In this document: one piece after another, positions 48,526 to 61,544 of the stretch
Layout of the letters: every line of letters starts with the position of its first letter
Numbering within the stretch: position 1 is the stretch's first letter
From: Mobula hypostoma
Lineage: Eukaryota
Assembly: GCF_963921235.1 (NCBI RefSeq)
Contig: NC_086097.1
Location: 252,652,001-252,716,000 of the forward strand
DNA length: 64,000 bases
Reading direction: 5' to 3'
Made by a program: the position numbers and the translations under genes
Notes under the pieces: generated by a model
What the model saw: the letters and a program-made list of their open reading frames with translations, nothing else
Databases searched by the model: none
Told to the model about the DNA's origin: nothing

Positions 48526-49227
48526 CATAAGACCATAAGACCATAAGACAAAGGAGCAGAAGTAGGCCATTTGGCCCATCGAGTCTGCTCCGCCATTTTA
48601 TCATGAGCTGATCCATTTTATCCTATTTAGTCCCATTGCCCTGCCTTCTCACCATAACCTTTGATGCCCTGGCTATCAGATACCTATCAATCTCTGTCTT
48701 AAATACACCCAATGACTTGGCCTCTACTGCTGCCCGTGGCAACAAATTCCATAGATTCACCACCCTCTGACTAAAAAAATTTCTTCGCATTTCTGTTCTG
48801 AAAGGGTGCCCTTCAATCCTGAAGTCATGCCCTCTCGTACCAGACTCCCCCATCATGGGAAACAACTTTGCCACATCCACTCTGTCCATGCCTTTTAACA
48901 TTCGAAATGTTTCTGTGAGGTCTCCCCTCATTCTTCTAAACTCCAAGGAATATAGTCCAAGAGTGGACAAACGTTCCTCATATGTTAACGCTCTCATTCC
49001 CGGAATCATTCTAGTGAATCTTCTCTGTACCCTCTCCAACGTCAGCACATCCTTTCTTAAATAAGGAGACCAAAACTGCCCACAGTACTCCAAGTGAGGT
49101 CTCACCAACGCCTTATAGAACCTCAACATCACATCCCTGCTCCTATACTCTATTCCTCTAGAAATGAATGCCAACATTGCATTTGCCTTCTTCACCACTG
49201 ACTCAACCTGGAGGTTAACTTTAAGGT
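48526..49227 (-). mobile_element. CR1 ORF2 3' segment plus tail, in inverted orientation
   Basis: ~200 open codons (LKVNLQVESVVKKANAM...); reversed (ATGGTCTT)n tail at 48526-48549. Confidence 0.88.
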
Positions 49228-49661
49228 CCAACCTGATGGCATGAACGTCGACTTCTCTAACTTCCACTAATGCCCCACCTCCCCCTCGTACCCCATCTGT
49301 TACTTATTTTTATACACACATTCTTTCTCTCAATCTCCTTTTTCTCCCTCTGTCCCTCTGAATATACCCCTTGCCCATCCTCTGGGTACCCCCCCCCTTG
49401 CCTTTCTTCCCAGACCTCCTGTCCCATGATCCTCTCGTATCCCCTTTTGCCTATCACCTGTCCAGCTCTTGGCTCTATCCCTCCCCCTCCTGTCTTCTCC
49501 TGTCATTTTGGATCTCCCCCTCCCCCTCCTACTTTCAAATCCCTTACTCACTCTTCCTTCAGTTAGTCCTGACGAAGGGTCTTGGCCTGAAACGTCGACT
49601 GCACCTCTTCCTAGAGATGCTGCCTGGCCTGCTGCGTTCACCAGCAACTTTTATGTGTGTT
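49227..49661 (+). mobile_element. Penelope pseudo-LTR copy
   Basis: Near-identical to 14097-14529. Confidence 0.9.
49565..49600 (+). ncRNA. Best-preserved minimal type I hammerhead ribozyme motif
   Basis: agtc CTGACGA agg-gtcttgg-cct GAAAC GTC gact: helix I agtc/gact, helix II agg/cct, intact core, GUC cleavage triplet, palindromic ACGT helix III. Confidence 0.8.
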
Positions 49662-50213
49662 TCTGGAGTATTGTGTTCAGTTTTGGTCACCAAATTACAG
49701 GAAGGATATAAATAAGGTTGAAAGAGTGCAGAGAATGTTTACAAGGATGTTGCCGGAACTTGAGAAACTCAGTTATGGAGAAAGGTTGAATAGGTTCGGA
49801 CTTTATCCCCTGGAGCGTAGAAGAATGAGGGGAGATTTGATAGAGGTATATAAAATTATGATGGGTATTGATAGAGTGAATGCAAGCAGGCTTTTTCCAC
49901 TGAGGCAAGGGGAGAAAAAAACCAGAGGACATGGGTTAAGAGTGAGGGGGAAAAAATTTAAAGGGAACATTAGAGGGGGCTTCTTCACAAAGAGAGTGGT
50001 GGGAGCATGGAATGAGCTGCCAGACGAGGTGGTAAATGCGGGTTCTTTTTTAACATTTAAGAATAAATTGGACAGATACATGGATGGGAGGAGTATGGAG
50101 GGATATGGTCCGTGTGCAGGTCAGTGGGACTAGGCAGAAAATGGTTCGGCACAGCCAAGAAGGGCCAAAAGGCCTATTTCTGTGCTGTAGTTTCTATGGT
50201 TTCTATGGTTTCT
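49662..50213 (+). mobile_element. CR1 3' end of a different subfamily, (TTTCTATGG)n tail
   Basis: LEYCVQFWSPNYRKDINKVERVQR...FKNKLDRYMDG, open frame. Confidence 0.88.
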
Positions 50214-50989
50214 AATGGCCTAATTCTGCTCCTATGTCTCATGGTGTTATGGTCTTAATGTATCTGCCTCTACCATCACTCCTGGCAGTGTGTTCCACAC
50301 ACCCACCACTCTTTGTGAAAAATTTACCTCTGACATCCTCCTGTACTTCCCTCAATTACCTTAAAATTCTTCCCCCTTATATTAGGCATTTCCATCTTGG
50401 GAAAAATCTCTGGCTGTCCACTCGATACATGCCTCTTATCATCTTGTATATCTCTATCAAGTCACCTCTCATCCTCCTTTGAGAAAAGCCCTATCCTTAT
50501 AAGACATGCTCTCTAATCCAAGTAAAACTCTGCTGCATCCTCTCTAAATCTTCCACATCCTTCCTCTAATGAGGTGACCAGAACTGAACATAATGATTCA
50601 TAATTTTAATAATTCATATTAGGGCCTGTGATTTAGGAGATTTATTCTTTTGGGTGATTTCATATACTGGGGATCTGTAGAAATGTCACTCTACTCTTTA
50701 GAAAGGGAGGGAGGCAGAAGAAAGGAAAGAAAGGAAAACTGACTTATTGGTTTGGGTAATGTGGGAGTCTATTATTAAGCATGAGGTTTTGGGGTACTTG
50801 GAGGCATATGATAAAATAGGCTTGGTTTTCTGAAGTGGAAATCTTGCTTGACAAGTCTGTTGGAATTGTTTAAGGAACTAACAGGCAGTATGGACAAAGG
50901 AGAGTAAGTGGATGTCGTATTCGGTGCAAGAAGGCTGTGAGTGAACAGCTGATTTTTTGGAGCGAAGCAAGTTTTTTAACTACTCGGGG

Positions 50990-53900
50990 TAAAAGAGAGG
51001 CGAGACTGCACAGGTGCGTGACATCAGCCAGTAGAGCGCGAAAGGATTAAAAAGAAGACCGCCACATCCAGTGGGCAGCGTTTGGAGCAGGCAGTGGAGT
51101 GGGAGGCGGAGTGATAGGGCTTTGGCTCAAAGGGCTTAGGTGGTAACAGGAAGAGATGAGGTAGGTTTACCTGTGTTAATTGCGGAAAGGAAGTAGTATG
51201 AGTGTGAGGCCAGTTTTCAGTGCTTGGTGTCAGATGTGGGAGGTCCTGGAGTCTCCCAGCCTCCTGGACAGCCATATCTGCACCAGATGTGTCGAGCTGC
51301 AGCTCCTAAGGGACTGAGTTAGGGAACTGGAGATGCAGCTGGATGACCCTTGCTTGGTCAGGGAGAGTGAGGAGTTGATAGAAAGGAGTTATAGGCAGGT
51401 GGTCACACCAGGGCCGCGGGAGACAGACAAGTGGGTCATAGTCAGGAGGGGGAAGGGGAAGAGTCATGTACTAGAGAGTACCCCTGTGGCTGTACCCCTT
51501 GACAATAAGTACTCCTGTCTGAGTACTGTTGGGGGGGACAGCCTACCTTGGGGAAGCAACAGTGGCCATGCCTCTGGCACAGAGTCTGGCCCTGTGGCTC
51601 AGAATGGTAGGGAAAGGAAGAGGATGGCAGCAGTGATAGGGGACTCTATAGTTAGGGGGGGTCAGACAGGTGATTCTGTGGACGCAGGAAAGAAACTCGG
51701 TAGTTTGCCTCCCAGGTGCCAGGGTCTGGGATGTTTCAAGTCGTGTCCAAGATATCCTGCAGTGGGAGGGAGAACAGCCAGAGGTCATGGTACATATTGA
51801 TACCAATGACATAGGTAGGAAGAGGGAAGAGGTCCTGAAAAAAGACTACAGGGAGTTAGGAAGAAAGTTGAGAAACAGGACCACAAAGGTAGTAACCTCG
51901 GGATTACTGCCTGTGCCACGCAACAGTGAGAATAGGAATAGAATGAGGTGGAGGATAAATGCGTGGCTGAGGGATTGGAGCAGGGGGCGGGTATTCAGTA
52001 TTCTGGATCATTGAGATCTCTTTTGGGGCAAGTGTGACCTGTACAAAAAGGATGGGTTGCACTTGAATCCCAGGGGGACCAATATCCTGGCGGGGAGATT
52101 TGCTAAGGCTACTGGGGAGAGTTTAAACTAGAATTGTTGGGGGGTGGGACCTGAAATGAAGAGACTGGGGAAGAGGAGGTTGGCTCACAAATAGAGAAAG
52201 CTCGTAGACAGTGCGAGAGAGAGGATAGGCTGGTGATAGAAAAGGGACACGCTCAGACCGAAGGTTTGAGATGTGTCTATTTTAACGCAAGGAGTGTTGT
52301 GAACAAAGTGGATGAGCTTAGAGCGTGGAACCGTACTTGGAGCCATTACAGAGGCTTGGATGGCTCAGGGACAGGAATGGTTACTTCAAGTGCTGGGTTT
52401 TAGATGTTTCAGAAAGGACGGGGAGGGAGGCAAAAGAGGTGGGGGCGTGACACAGTTGATCAGAGATAGGGTCACGGCTGCAGAAAAGGTGGACGCTATG
52501 GAGGGATTGTCTGCGAAGTCTCTGTGGGTGGAGGTTAGGAACAGGAAGGGGTCAATAACTTTACTGGGTGTTTTTTATAGGCCGCCCAATAATAACAGGG
52601 ATATCGAGGAGCAGATAGAGAAACAGATTCTGGAAAGGTGTAATAATAACAGAGTTGTCGTGATGGGAGATTTTAATTCCCCAAATATCGACTGGCATCT
52701 CCCTAGAGCGAGGGGTTTAGATGGGGTGGAGTTTGTTAGGTGTGTTCAGGAAGGTTTCTTGACACAATATGTAGATACACCTACAAGAGGAGAGGCTGTA
52801 CTTGATTTGGTGTTGGGAAATGAATGTGGTCAGGTGTCAGATCTCTCAGTGGGAGAGCATTTTGGAAATAGTGATCATAATTCTATCTCCTTTACAATAG
52901 CATTGGAGAGAGGTAGGAACAGACAAGTTAGAAAAGCATTTAATTGGAGTAAGGGGAATTATGAGGCTATCAGGCAGGAAATTGGAGGCTTAAATTGGAA
53001 GCAGATGTTCTCAGGGAAAAGTACAGAAGAAATGTGGCAAATATTCAGGGGATATTTGTGTGGAGTTCTGCATAGGTACGTTCCAATGAGACAGGGAAGT
53101 TATGGTAGGGTACAGAAACCCTACCTTTGTACATACAAAGGTGTACAAAGGCTGTAATAAATCTCGTCAAGAAGAAAAGAAAAGCTTACAAAATGTTCAG
53201 AGAGCCAGGTAATGTTAGAAATCTAGAAGATTATAAAGCTAATAGGAAGGAGCTTAATAAGGAAATTAGGAGAGCCAGAAGGGGCAATGAGAAGGCCTTG
53301 GTGGGCAGGATTAAGGAAAACCCCAAGGCATTCTACAAGTATGTGAAGAGCAAGAGGATAAGACGTGAAAGAATAGGACCTATCAAGTGTGACAGTGGGG
53401 AAGTGTGGATGGAACCAGAGGAAATAGCAGAGGTACTTAATGAATACTTCACTTCAGTTTTCACTATGGAAAAGGATCTTGGTGATTGTAGTGATGACTT
53501 GCAGCAGACTGAAAAGCTTGAGCATGTAGATATTAAGAAAGAGGATGTGTTGGAGCTTTTGGAAAGCGTCAAGTTGGATAAGTCACCGGGACCGGATGAG
53601 ATGTACCCCAGGCTACTGTGGGAGGTGAGGGAGGAGACTGCTGAGCCTCTGGCGATGATCTTTGCATCATCGATGGGGACGGGAGAGGTTCCGGAGGATT
53701 GGAGCGTTGCAGATATTTTTAAGATTATGAAGACACACAGTCCCCTTTTATTGTCATTTAGTAATGCATGCATTAAGAAATGGTACATTATTTCCTCCGG
53801 TGTGATGTCACAAAAACACAGGACAACCCAAGACTGAAAAAACTGACAAAACCACATAATTATACGTATAGTTACAACAGTGCACAATACCATAATTTGA

Positions 53901-55721
53901 TGAAGAAGTCCATGAGCACAGTAAAGTTCAAAGTTTCTCAAATGTCCCACATCTCACGCAGACGGGGGAGGGAAGAAAAACTCTCCCTGCCATGCCGACC
54001 ACAGTCTGACTCTGAGTCATCCGAAAACTTTGAGCTCTGATCAGCTCTCCGACACCGAGTACTGAGCGCCATCTCTGTCTGAGCGATTCGACCTCTTTCT
54101 CGGTCGCCAAAAGCAGGCAAGGCTGGGGATTTTGAGGCCTACCCTCCGAAAGATTCCCGATCATGCAGTAACGACAGCAGCAAACGAGTGTTCAGAAATT
54201 TCTCCAGATGTTCCTTTGTGCTTTCACGTCTACCTCCATCAAATCAGAAATTGTCTACGGCCCTTATTTAACAGATACGATATCATTTTTCACCGGAGAG
54301 CTATTGTTCCTTTATTCAAGAAAGGGATTAGAGATAGTCCAGGAAATTATAGACCAGTGAGTCTTACCTCAGTGGTTGGTAAGTTGTTAGAGAAGATCCT
54401 GAGAGGCAGGATTTATGAAGATTTGGAGAGGTATGATATGATTAGGAGTAGTCAGCATGGCTTTGTAAAGGGCAGGTCATGCCTTACGAGCCTGATTGAA
54501 TTTTTTGAGGATGTGACTGAACACATTGATGAAGGAAGAGCAGTAGATGTAGTGTATATGGATTTCAGCAAGGCATTTGATAATGTACCCCATTCAAGGC
54601 TTATTGAGAAAGTAAGGAGTAATGGGATCCAAGGGGTCATTGCTTTGTGGATCCAGAACTGGCTTGCCCACAGAAGGCAAAGAGTGGTTGTAGACGGGTC
54701 ATATTCTGCATGGAGGTCGGTCACCAGTGGTGTTCCTCAGGGATCTGTTCTGGGACCCTCACTCTTCTTGATTTTTATAAATGACCTTTATGAGGAAGTG
54801 GAGGGATGAGTTAGTAAGTTTGCTGATGACACAAAGTTTGGAGGTGTGGATAGTGTGGAGAGCTGTCAGAAGTTACAGCAGGACATTGATAGGATGCAAA
54901 ACTGGGCTGAGAAGTGGCAGATGGAGTTCAACCCAGATAAGTTTGAAGTTGTTCATTTTGGTAGGTCAAATATGATGGCAGAGTATAGTATTAATGGTGA
55001 GTCTCTTGGCAGTGCGGAGGATCAGAGGGGTCTTGGGGTCCGAGTCCATAGGACACTCAAAGCAGCCACGCAGGTTGACTCTGTGGTTAAGAAGGCATAC
55101 AGTGTGGCCTTCATTAATCATGGGATTGAATTTAGGAGCCGAGGGGTAATGTTGCAGCTATATAGGACCCTGGTCAGACCCTACTTAGAGTACTGTGCTC
55201 AGTTCTAGTCGCCTCACTACAGGAACGATGCGGAAGCCATAGAAAGGGTGCAGAGGAGATTTACAAGGATGTTGACTATATTGAGGAGCATGCCTTATGA
55301 GAATAGGTTGAGTGAACTCGGCCTTTTCTCCTTGGAGCGATGGAGGATGAGAGGTGACCTGATAGAGGTGTATAAAGTGATGAGAGGCATTGATCGTGTG
55401 GATAGTCAGAGGCTTTTTCCCAGGGCTGAAATGTTTGCCACAGGAGGACACAGGTTTAATGTGCTGGGGAGTAGGTACAGAGGAGATGTCAGGGGTACGT
55501 TTTTTTACACAGAGAGTGTTGAGTGCGTGGAATGGGCTGCTGGCAACGGTGGTGGAGGTGGATACGATAGGGTCTTTTAAGAGACTTTTAGATAGGTACA
55601 TGGAGCTTAGTAAAATAGAGGGCTATGGGTCAGCCTAGTAATTTCTAAGGTAGGGACACGTTCGGCACAACACTGTGGGCCAAATGGCCTGTATTATGCT
55701 GTAGGTTTTCTATATTTCTAT
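50990..55721 (+). mobile_element. Full-length decayed CR1 (5'UTR, ORF1 ~51198-52130, ORF2 ~52260-55650, tail)
   Basis: Same family as 15328-21729; all domains in order, with stops and frameshifts. Confidence 0.9.
53718..54301 (-). mobile_element. 584-bp non-coding insertion (SINE-like) in CR1 ORF2
   Basis: Interrupts gttgcagatatt|...|tattgttcc; tatt duplicated at 53714-53717 and 54302-54305; tttattgtcat tail-like end. Confidence 0.7.
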
Positions 55722-55759
55722 GTATATGTGGATTTTCAGGAAGCCTTTCACAAGGTGCT

Positions 55760-57750
55760 GCATGTGAGGCAACAAAACAAGCTATGAGCCGATGAGTTGG
55801 CCAAAATTCATTGGAAGGAGATGCTGATAGGGATGACAGAAGAGCAGTGTGAGTTTCTGGTAAAAATGAGGAAGCTGCAGGATAGAGGTTTTCCAAAAAC
55901 AGAGCAATACTCAAATGACAAAATAGTACAAGTCAAAGCTAATGTAAAAACAAAAGAGAGGGAGTAAAACAAAGGAAAAATTAATGGGAAGGCAGAGGAT
56001 TGGTAAGCTTTTAAAACTTACAAAGAGCAACTAAAAGAATCATTAGAAGGGAAAAGATGAAATATGAAAGCAAGCTAGCAAACAATATCAAGGTGGACAG
56101 TAAAAGCTTTTTCAAGTCTGTAAAAATAAAAGAGAGATGAGAGTGGATAGAGGACTCCTGGAACATGAGGCTGGAGAAATAATCATGGGGGACAAGGAGA
56201 TGGCAGATGAACTAAATGAGTATTTTGCATCAGTCTTCACTGTGGAAGTCACTAGCAGTACGCCTGATGTTGTAGTGTGTGAGGGAAGTGAAGTGGGTAC
56301 TGTCACTATTACAAGGGAGAAGGTGGTCAAAAAGCTGAAAGACCTAAAAGTGCATGTCACCCGGACCAGATAAACTGCACCCTAGGGTTCTGGAAGAGGC
56401 AGCATTAGAGGCAATAGCAATGATCTTTCAAAAATCATTGGACTCTGGCATGGTGACAGAGGACTGGAAAACTGCAATTATCACCCCACTCTTTAAGAAA
56501 AGAGGGAGACAGCAGATTACAAGTAGGATAGATAAAGGGGATGCAGTGGATGATGTATATTTGGACTGTCAGAAAGCCCTTGACAAGTTGCCACACATGA
56601 GGCTGCTTACCAAGTTAAGAGCCCATGGTATTACAGGAGTATTACTAACATGGTTGGAGCATTGGCTGATTGGTAGGAGGCAACAAGTAGGTATAAAAGG
56701 ATCCTTTTCTGGTTGGCTGTCAATGACTAGTGGTGTTCCATAGGGGTGGGTGTTGGGACCACTTCCTTTTATGCTGTATATCAATGTTTTAGATGATGGA
56801 ATAGATGGCTTTGTTGCCAAGTTTGCAGATGATACGAAGAATTTTGGAGAGGCAGGTAGTATTGAGGAAACAATTAGGCTGCAGAAGGACTTAGACAGAT
56901 TAGGAAGATGAACAAGAAAGTGGCAAATGAAATACAATGTTGGAAAATGCATGGTCATGCACTTCAGGAGTAGAAATCAACGTGTCAGCTATTTTTTCCA
57001 CAGGGAGAAGATTCAAGAATCTGAGATGCAAAGGGAATTTGAGGAATTTGATACCACAGGCAGCTGTGGAGGGCAGGTTGTTGGGTGTATTTAAGGTAGA
57101 GTTTGACAGGTTCTTGATTTGACACAGCATCAAAGGTTACGGGGAGAAGGCTGGTAAATAGGGTTGAGGAGGGGCAAAAAAGGATCAACTATGATGGAAT
57201 GACGGAATAGATTCGATGGGCTAAATGGTATAATTCTGCTCCTGTGTGTTCTGGTGTTATGGTTTTTAAAGGAAAGATACTGGGATGGATAGAAGATTGG
57301 CGAACTGGCAGGAGGGAAAGAATGGGAACAAGTGGAGCCTTTTCTGGTTGGTTGGCTACCAGTGACTAGTTGTGTGCTGCAGTGGTCTGTGTTGGGACTG
57401 TTTCTTTTCATGTTAAAGGACATTGATTTGGATGACAGAATCGATGGCTTTGTGGCCAAGTTTGCAGCTTATATGAAGACAGGTGGAAGGGCGTGGAGTA
57501 TTGAGTAAGGAGAGGAGCGACAGAAGGACTTGGACAGATTGTGAGAATGAAGTGCTGGATGGAATATAATGTAGGGAAGTGTATGGTCATGCATTTTAGT
57601 AGAAGGAATAAAGGTGTGGGCTACTTGCTAAACAGGGAGAAAATTCAAAAATCTGAGGTGCAAAGGGATTAGGGAGTCCTTAGCAGGATTCCTTAAAGGT
57701 GGTGAGGAAGGTAAATGCAATGTTAGCGTTCATTTTGAGAGGACTAGAAT
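55760..57750 (+). mobile_element. Decayed CR1 ORF2 fragments
   Basis: MADELNEYFASVFTVE; SPGPDKLHPRVL; KFADD region near 56820. Confidence 0.8.
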
Positions 57751-59718
57751 ACTTTATACATATACTTTATACTTTATTGTCACCAAACAATTGATACTAG
57801 AACGTACAATTATTACAGTGATATTTGATTCTGCGCTTCCCGCTCCTTGGATTACAAATATTAAATATTAAAAATAGTAAAAATTGGTATATATTAAAAA
57901 TTTAAATTATAAATAATAAATAGAAAATAGAAAAATGGGAAGTGAGGTAGTGCAAAAAAACCGAGAGGCAGGTTTGGAGGGTACTACCCAGATCCGGGTC
58001 AGGTTCCGTTCAGCGGTCTTATCACAGTTGGAAAAAAGTTGTTCCCAATTCTGGCCGTACGAGTCTTCAAGCTCCTGAGCCTTCTCCCGGAGGGAAGAGG
58101 GACGAAAAGTGTGTTGGCTGGGTAGGTCGTGTCCTTGATTATCCTGGCAGCACTGATCCGACAGCATGCGGTGTAAAGTGAGTCCAAGGATGGAAGATTG
58201 GTTTGTGTGATGTGCTGCGCCATGTTCACAATCTTCTGCAGCTTCTTTCCGTCTTGGACAGGACAACTTCCATACCAGGTTGTGATGCACCCTGGAAGAA
58301 TGCTTTCTACAGTGCATCTATAAAAATTAGTCAGGGTTTTAGGGGACAGGCAAAATTTCTTTAGTTTTCTCAGGAAGTAAAGGTGCTGGTGGGCCTTCTT
58401 GGCAGTGAACTCTGGTTGGACCAAGTCAGGTCATTTGTGATATTGACCCCAAGGAACTTAAAGCTTTTGACCTGTTCCACTTGCGCACCACCTATGTAAT
58501 TTGGGTCGTGCGGTCCGCTACTCCTTCTGAAGTCAACAACCAATTCCTTCGTCTTGCTGACGTTGAGGGATAGGTTATTGTCTTCACACCATGCCACCAG
58601 GTTCTTAATTTCCTCTCTGTATTCAAACTCATCATTACCCGAGATACGGCCTACAATTGTTGTGTCATCAGCAAACTTATATTGAGTTTGATGGAAACTT
58701 GGCTACACAATCATGGGTGTACAGTGAGTACAGCAGGGGGCTGAGTACACAGTCTTGTGGGACACCGGTGCTCAGAGTGATTGTAGAGGAGAGCTTGTCC
58801 CCTATTTTTACAGCCTGGGTCCTGTCTGTGAGGAAGTTGAAGATCCAGCTGCAGATCTGAGTGCTAAGGCCCAGGTTCCGGAGCTTAGGAATCAGTTTAT
58901 TTGGAATGATGGTATTAAAGGCAGAGCTGTAGTCAATGAAAAGGAGCCTTACGTATGCGTCTTTATTCTCCAGGTGTTCTAAGGAGGAATGTAGGGCTAG
59001 AGAGATGACATCTGCCGTTGACCTGTTGCTCCGGTAGGTGAATTGCAAAGCGTCAAGGTTGACCGGTAGGCTGTGGTTGATGTGTGCAATAACCAATCTC
59101 TTGAAGCACTTCATAGCAATTGGTGTCAGAGCCACAGGTCGATAGTCATTCAGGCATGCTACCTTGCTCTTCTTCGGCACTGGGATTATCGTTGCCTTCT
59201 TAAAACATGAGGGGATCTTAGACTGAAGCAAGGAGCAGTTGAAGATATCAGCAAACACTCCAGCTAGCTCGCTTGCACAGGCCTGGAGAACCTGTCCTGG
59301 GATGCCATCTGGGCCCGTCACCTTCCTTGGATTTATCTTCAGGAAGGTCCTTCTAACGTCCTCCTCGGTGACGATGAATCTCGATGCCACTAGGTCCGGT
59401 TCATCCGGAGGGAGCAGGACACTCCTCTTCTGTTCGAATCTTGTGTAGAATACATTAAGTTCATCAGGAAGAGAAGCACCACAGTTATTGACATTCCCAG
59501 CCTTTTCTTTGCGCCCAGTGATCTCATTTAGACCCTGCCATAGTCTATTGGCATCCCTCTGGTTAGCCTGGGCTTCCAACTTGGCTTAATATTGCCTCTT
59601 GGCACCCTTAACGGCTTTCTGGAGTTCACGCCTGGATTCCGTGTATCGACTGGTATCCCTGGACCTAAAAGCCCCAGCTCTAGCCTTTAAAAGGGACTTG
59701 ACCTCATAATTCATCCTG
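57750..59718 (-). mobile_element. Rex1/Babar LINE, 5'-truncated, RT with frameshifts
   Basis: GPDGIPG..IIPVPKK..NDYRPVALT..LFIDYSSAFNTI..GVPQDCVLSPLLYSLYT; KFADDTT across a frameshift at ~58680; NFYRCTVESIL; (TAAAGTA)n tail. Confidence 0.9.
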
Positions 59719-60202
59719 TGCATATCCTCAATAAATCTATAGAATAATAACCATAACAGAGTTAATGAAAGACCACCCAACTTGGGTGTTCAACCAGTGT
59801 GTAAAAGATGACACAATTGTGCAAATACAAAAATAAATAAATAAAAATAATAAATGAATAAGCAATAAATATCGAGAACATGTGATGAATGAATCTGTGG
59901 AACTCATTGCCACAGTCAAGTCATTGAGTGTACTTACAGTGGAGGTTGGTAGATTTTTGATTAGTTAAGGGCATCAAAGGTTACTAGGAGAAGACAGGAG
60001 AGTGGGATTGAGAGGTTTAATAAAACAGCCTTGACGGACTGAATGGCCTAATTCTGCCTCCATGTGTTATGGTCTTATGGTCTAATATTAGGGCAGTTAA
60101 AGCTCCCCACTATAACTACACTGTTGTACCTGCACCATTCTATAATCTGTCTACATATCTGTTCCTCCTCCGCAGCCTGACAACATAATCCCATCAGCGT
60201 AA

Positions 60203-60550
60203 ATACTTTATACTTTATTGTCACCAGACAATTGATACTAGAACGTACAACCATCACAGTGATATTTGATTCTGCGCTTCGCGCTCCCTGGAGTACAAAT
60301 CAATAGTAGATATTAAAAATTTAAATTATAAATCATAAATAGAAAATAGAAAAGGGAAAGTAAGGTAGCGCAAAAAACCGAGAGGCAGGTCTGGATATTT
60401 GGAGGGTACGGCCCAGATCCAGGTCAGGATCCGTTCAGCAGTCTTATCACAGTTGGAAAGAAGCTGTTCCCAAATCTGGCCGTACGAGTTTTCAAGCTCC
60501 TGAGCCTTCTCCCAGAGGGAAGAGGAACGAAAAGTGTGTTGGCTGGGTGG
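60203..60550 (-). mobile_element. Second Rex1/Babar 3' end of the same subfamily
   Basis: Close match to 57763-58125. Confidence 0.85.
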
Positions 60551-61544
60551 GTGGGTGAGGCCTTCTTATTTCAGAGCTCCTCTCAAATTGCCTCTGAGGA
60601 TGACCCCTGCCCCTTTATGTGCTATCTGAATACTGTTGTGACATTCTCCCTAATCCGTCATGTAACTCCTGCACCTCTTCCCCCGCCTAACGAAACACAG
60701 GAACGTTGATCTGCCAGTCCTGTCTGTCTCTGTACTGGCAACATATCATTGTTCCATGTACTGATCTGGGCTCTAAAGTTCAAAGCTCAAAATTCAGAGG
60801 AATGGGTGAAAGGTAAAAGGTTTAAGGGGAATCTGAGGGGGAATATCTTCACTCAGAGGGTGGTGAGAGAGTGGAACAAGCTGCTGGCACAGGTGGTGGA
60901 CGTGGGTTCAATTTCAACATTTAAGAGAAATTTAGAGAGATACATAAATGGGTGGGGAATGGAGGGCAGGTCGAAGGGAGTAAGTAGATTAATAGTTCAT
61001 CATGTACAGAAGGGCCTGTTCTGTGCTGTCGAACTCTTTGACTGTATGACTTATATGCACAATCTCCTGATGGTTGATCATTTAAATGGCCAAGTGGTAA
61101 CATCAAAAAGTGAGACCTGGCCCATTGTTTACACAATAGGCTTCTTCCGTCTCTATAAGCAGCTGTAACCACTTCCCAAATGTCCTGAGGCTTTTTGAAT
61201 AAAGATATCCTGCTGTTTAAAATAAATGCTTAAAATGTGCTATTATTTGGGAGGATCATGCTCTATGCTTTATGTAAAAGTGCAAGGAAAACTATTTCTT
61301 GTTTTCTTGGAACAGGAAAAATCTGTGGTTTGAATGGGGAATGTATGCTGGGAAAGGACACAGTGAGAGGTGAATCTTGTTTGCCAAAGCAACGACTGTA
61401 TTCCAGGATATCTTATACAACCTCTAATTTGTGATGAAAAACATTGTCATAAATTGTTAACGTTTGTTGAAGTAGTTTCACAATATAAAATCGTTCCTAA
61501 AACTGACTGTCACAACACTTTGGGATTTTCAGGCATATGGTGGC

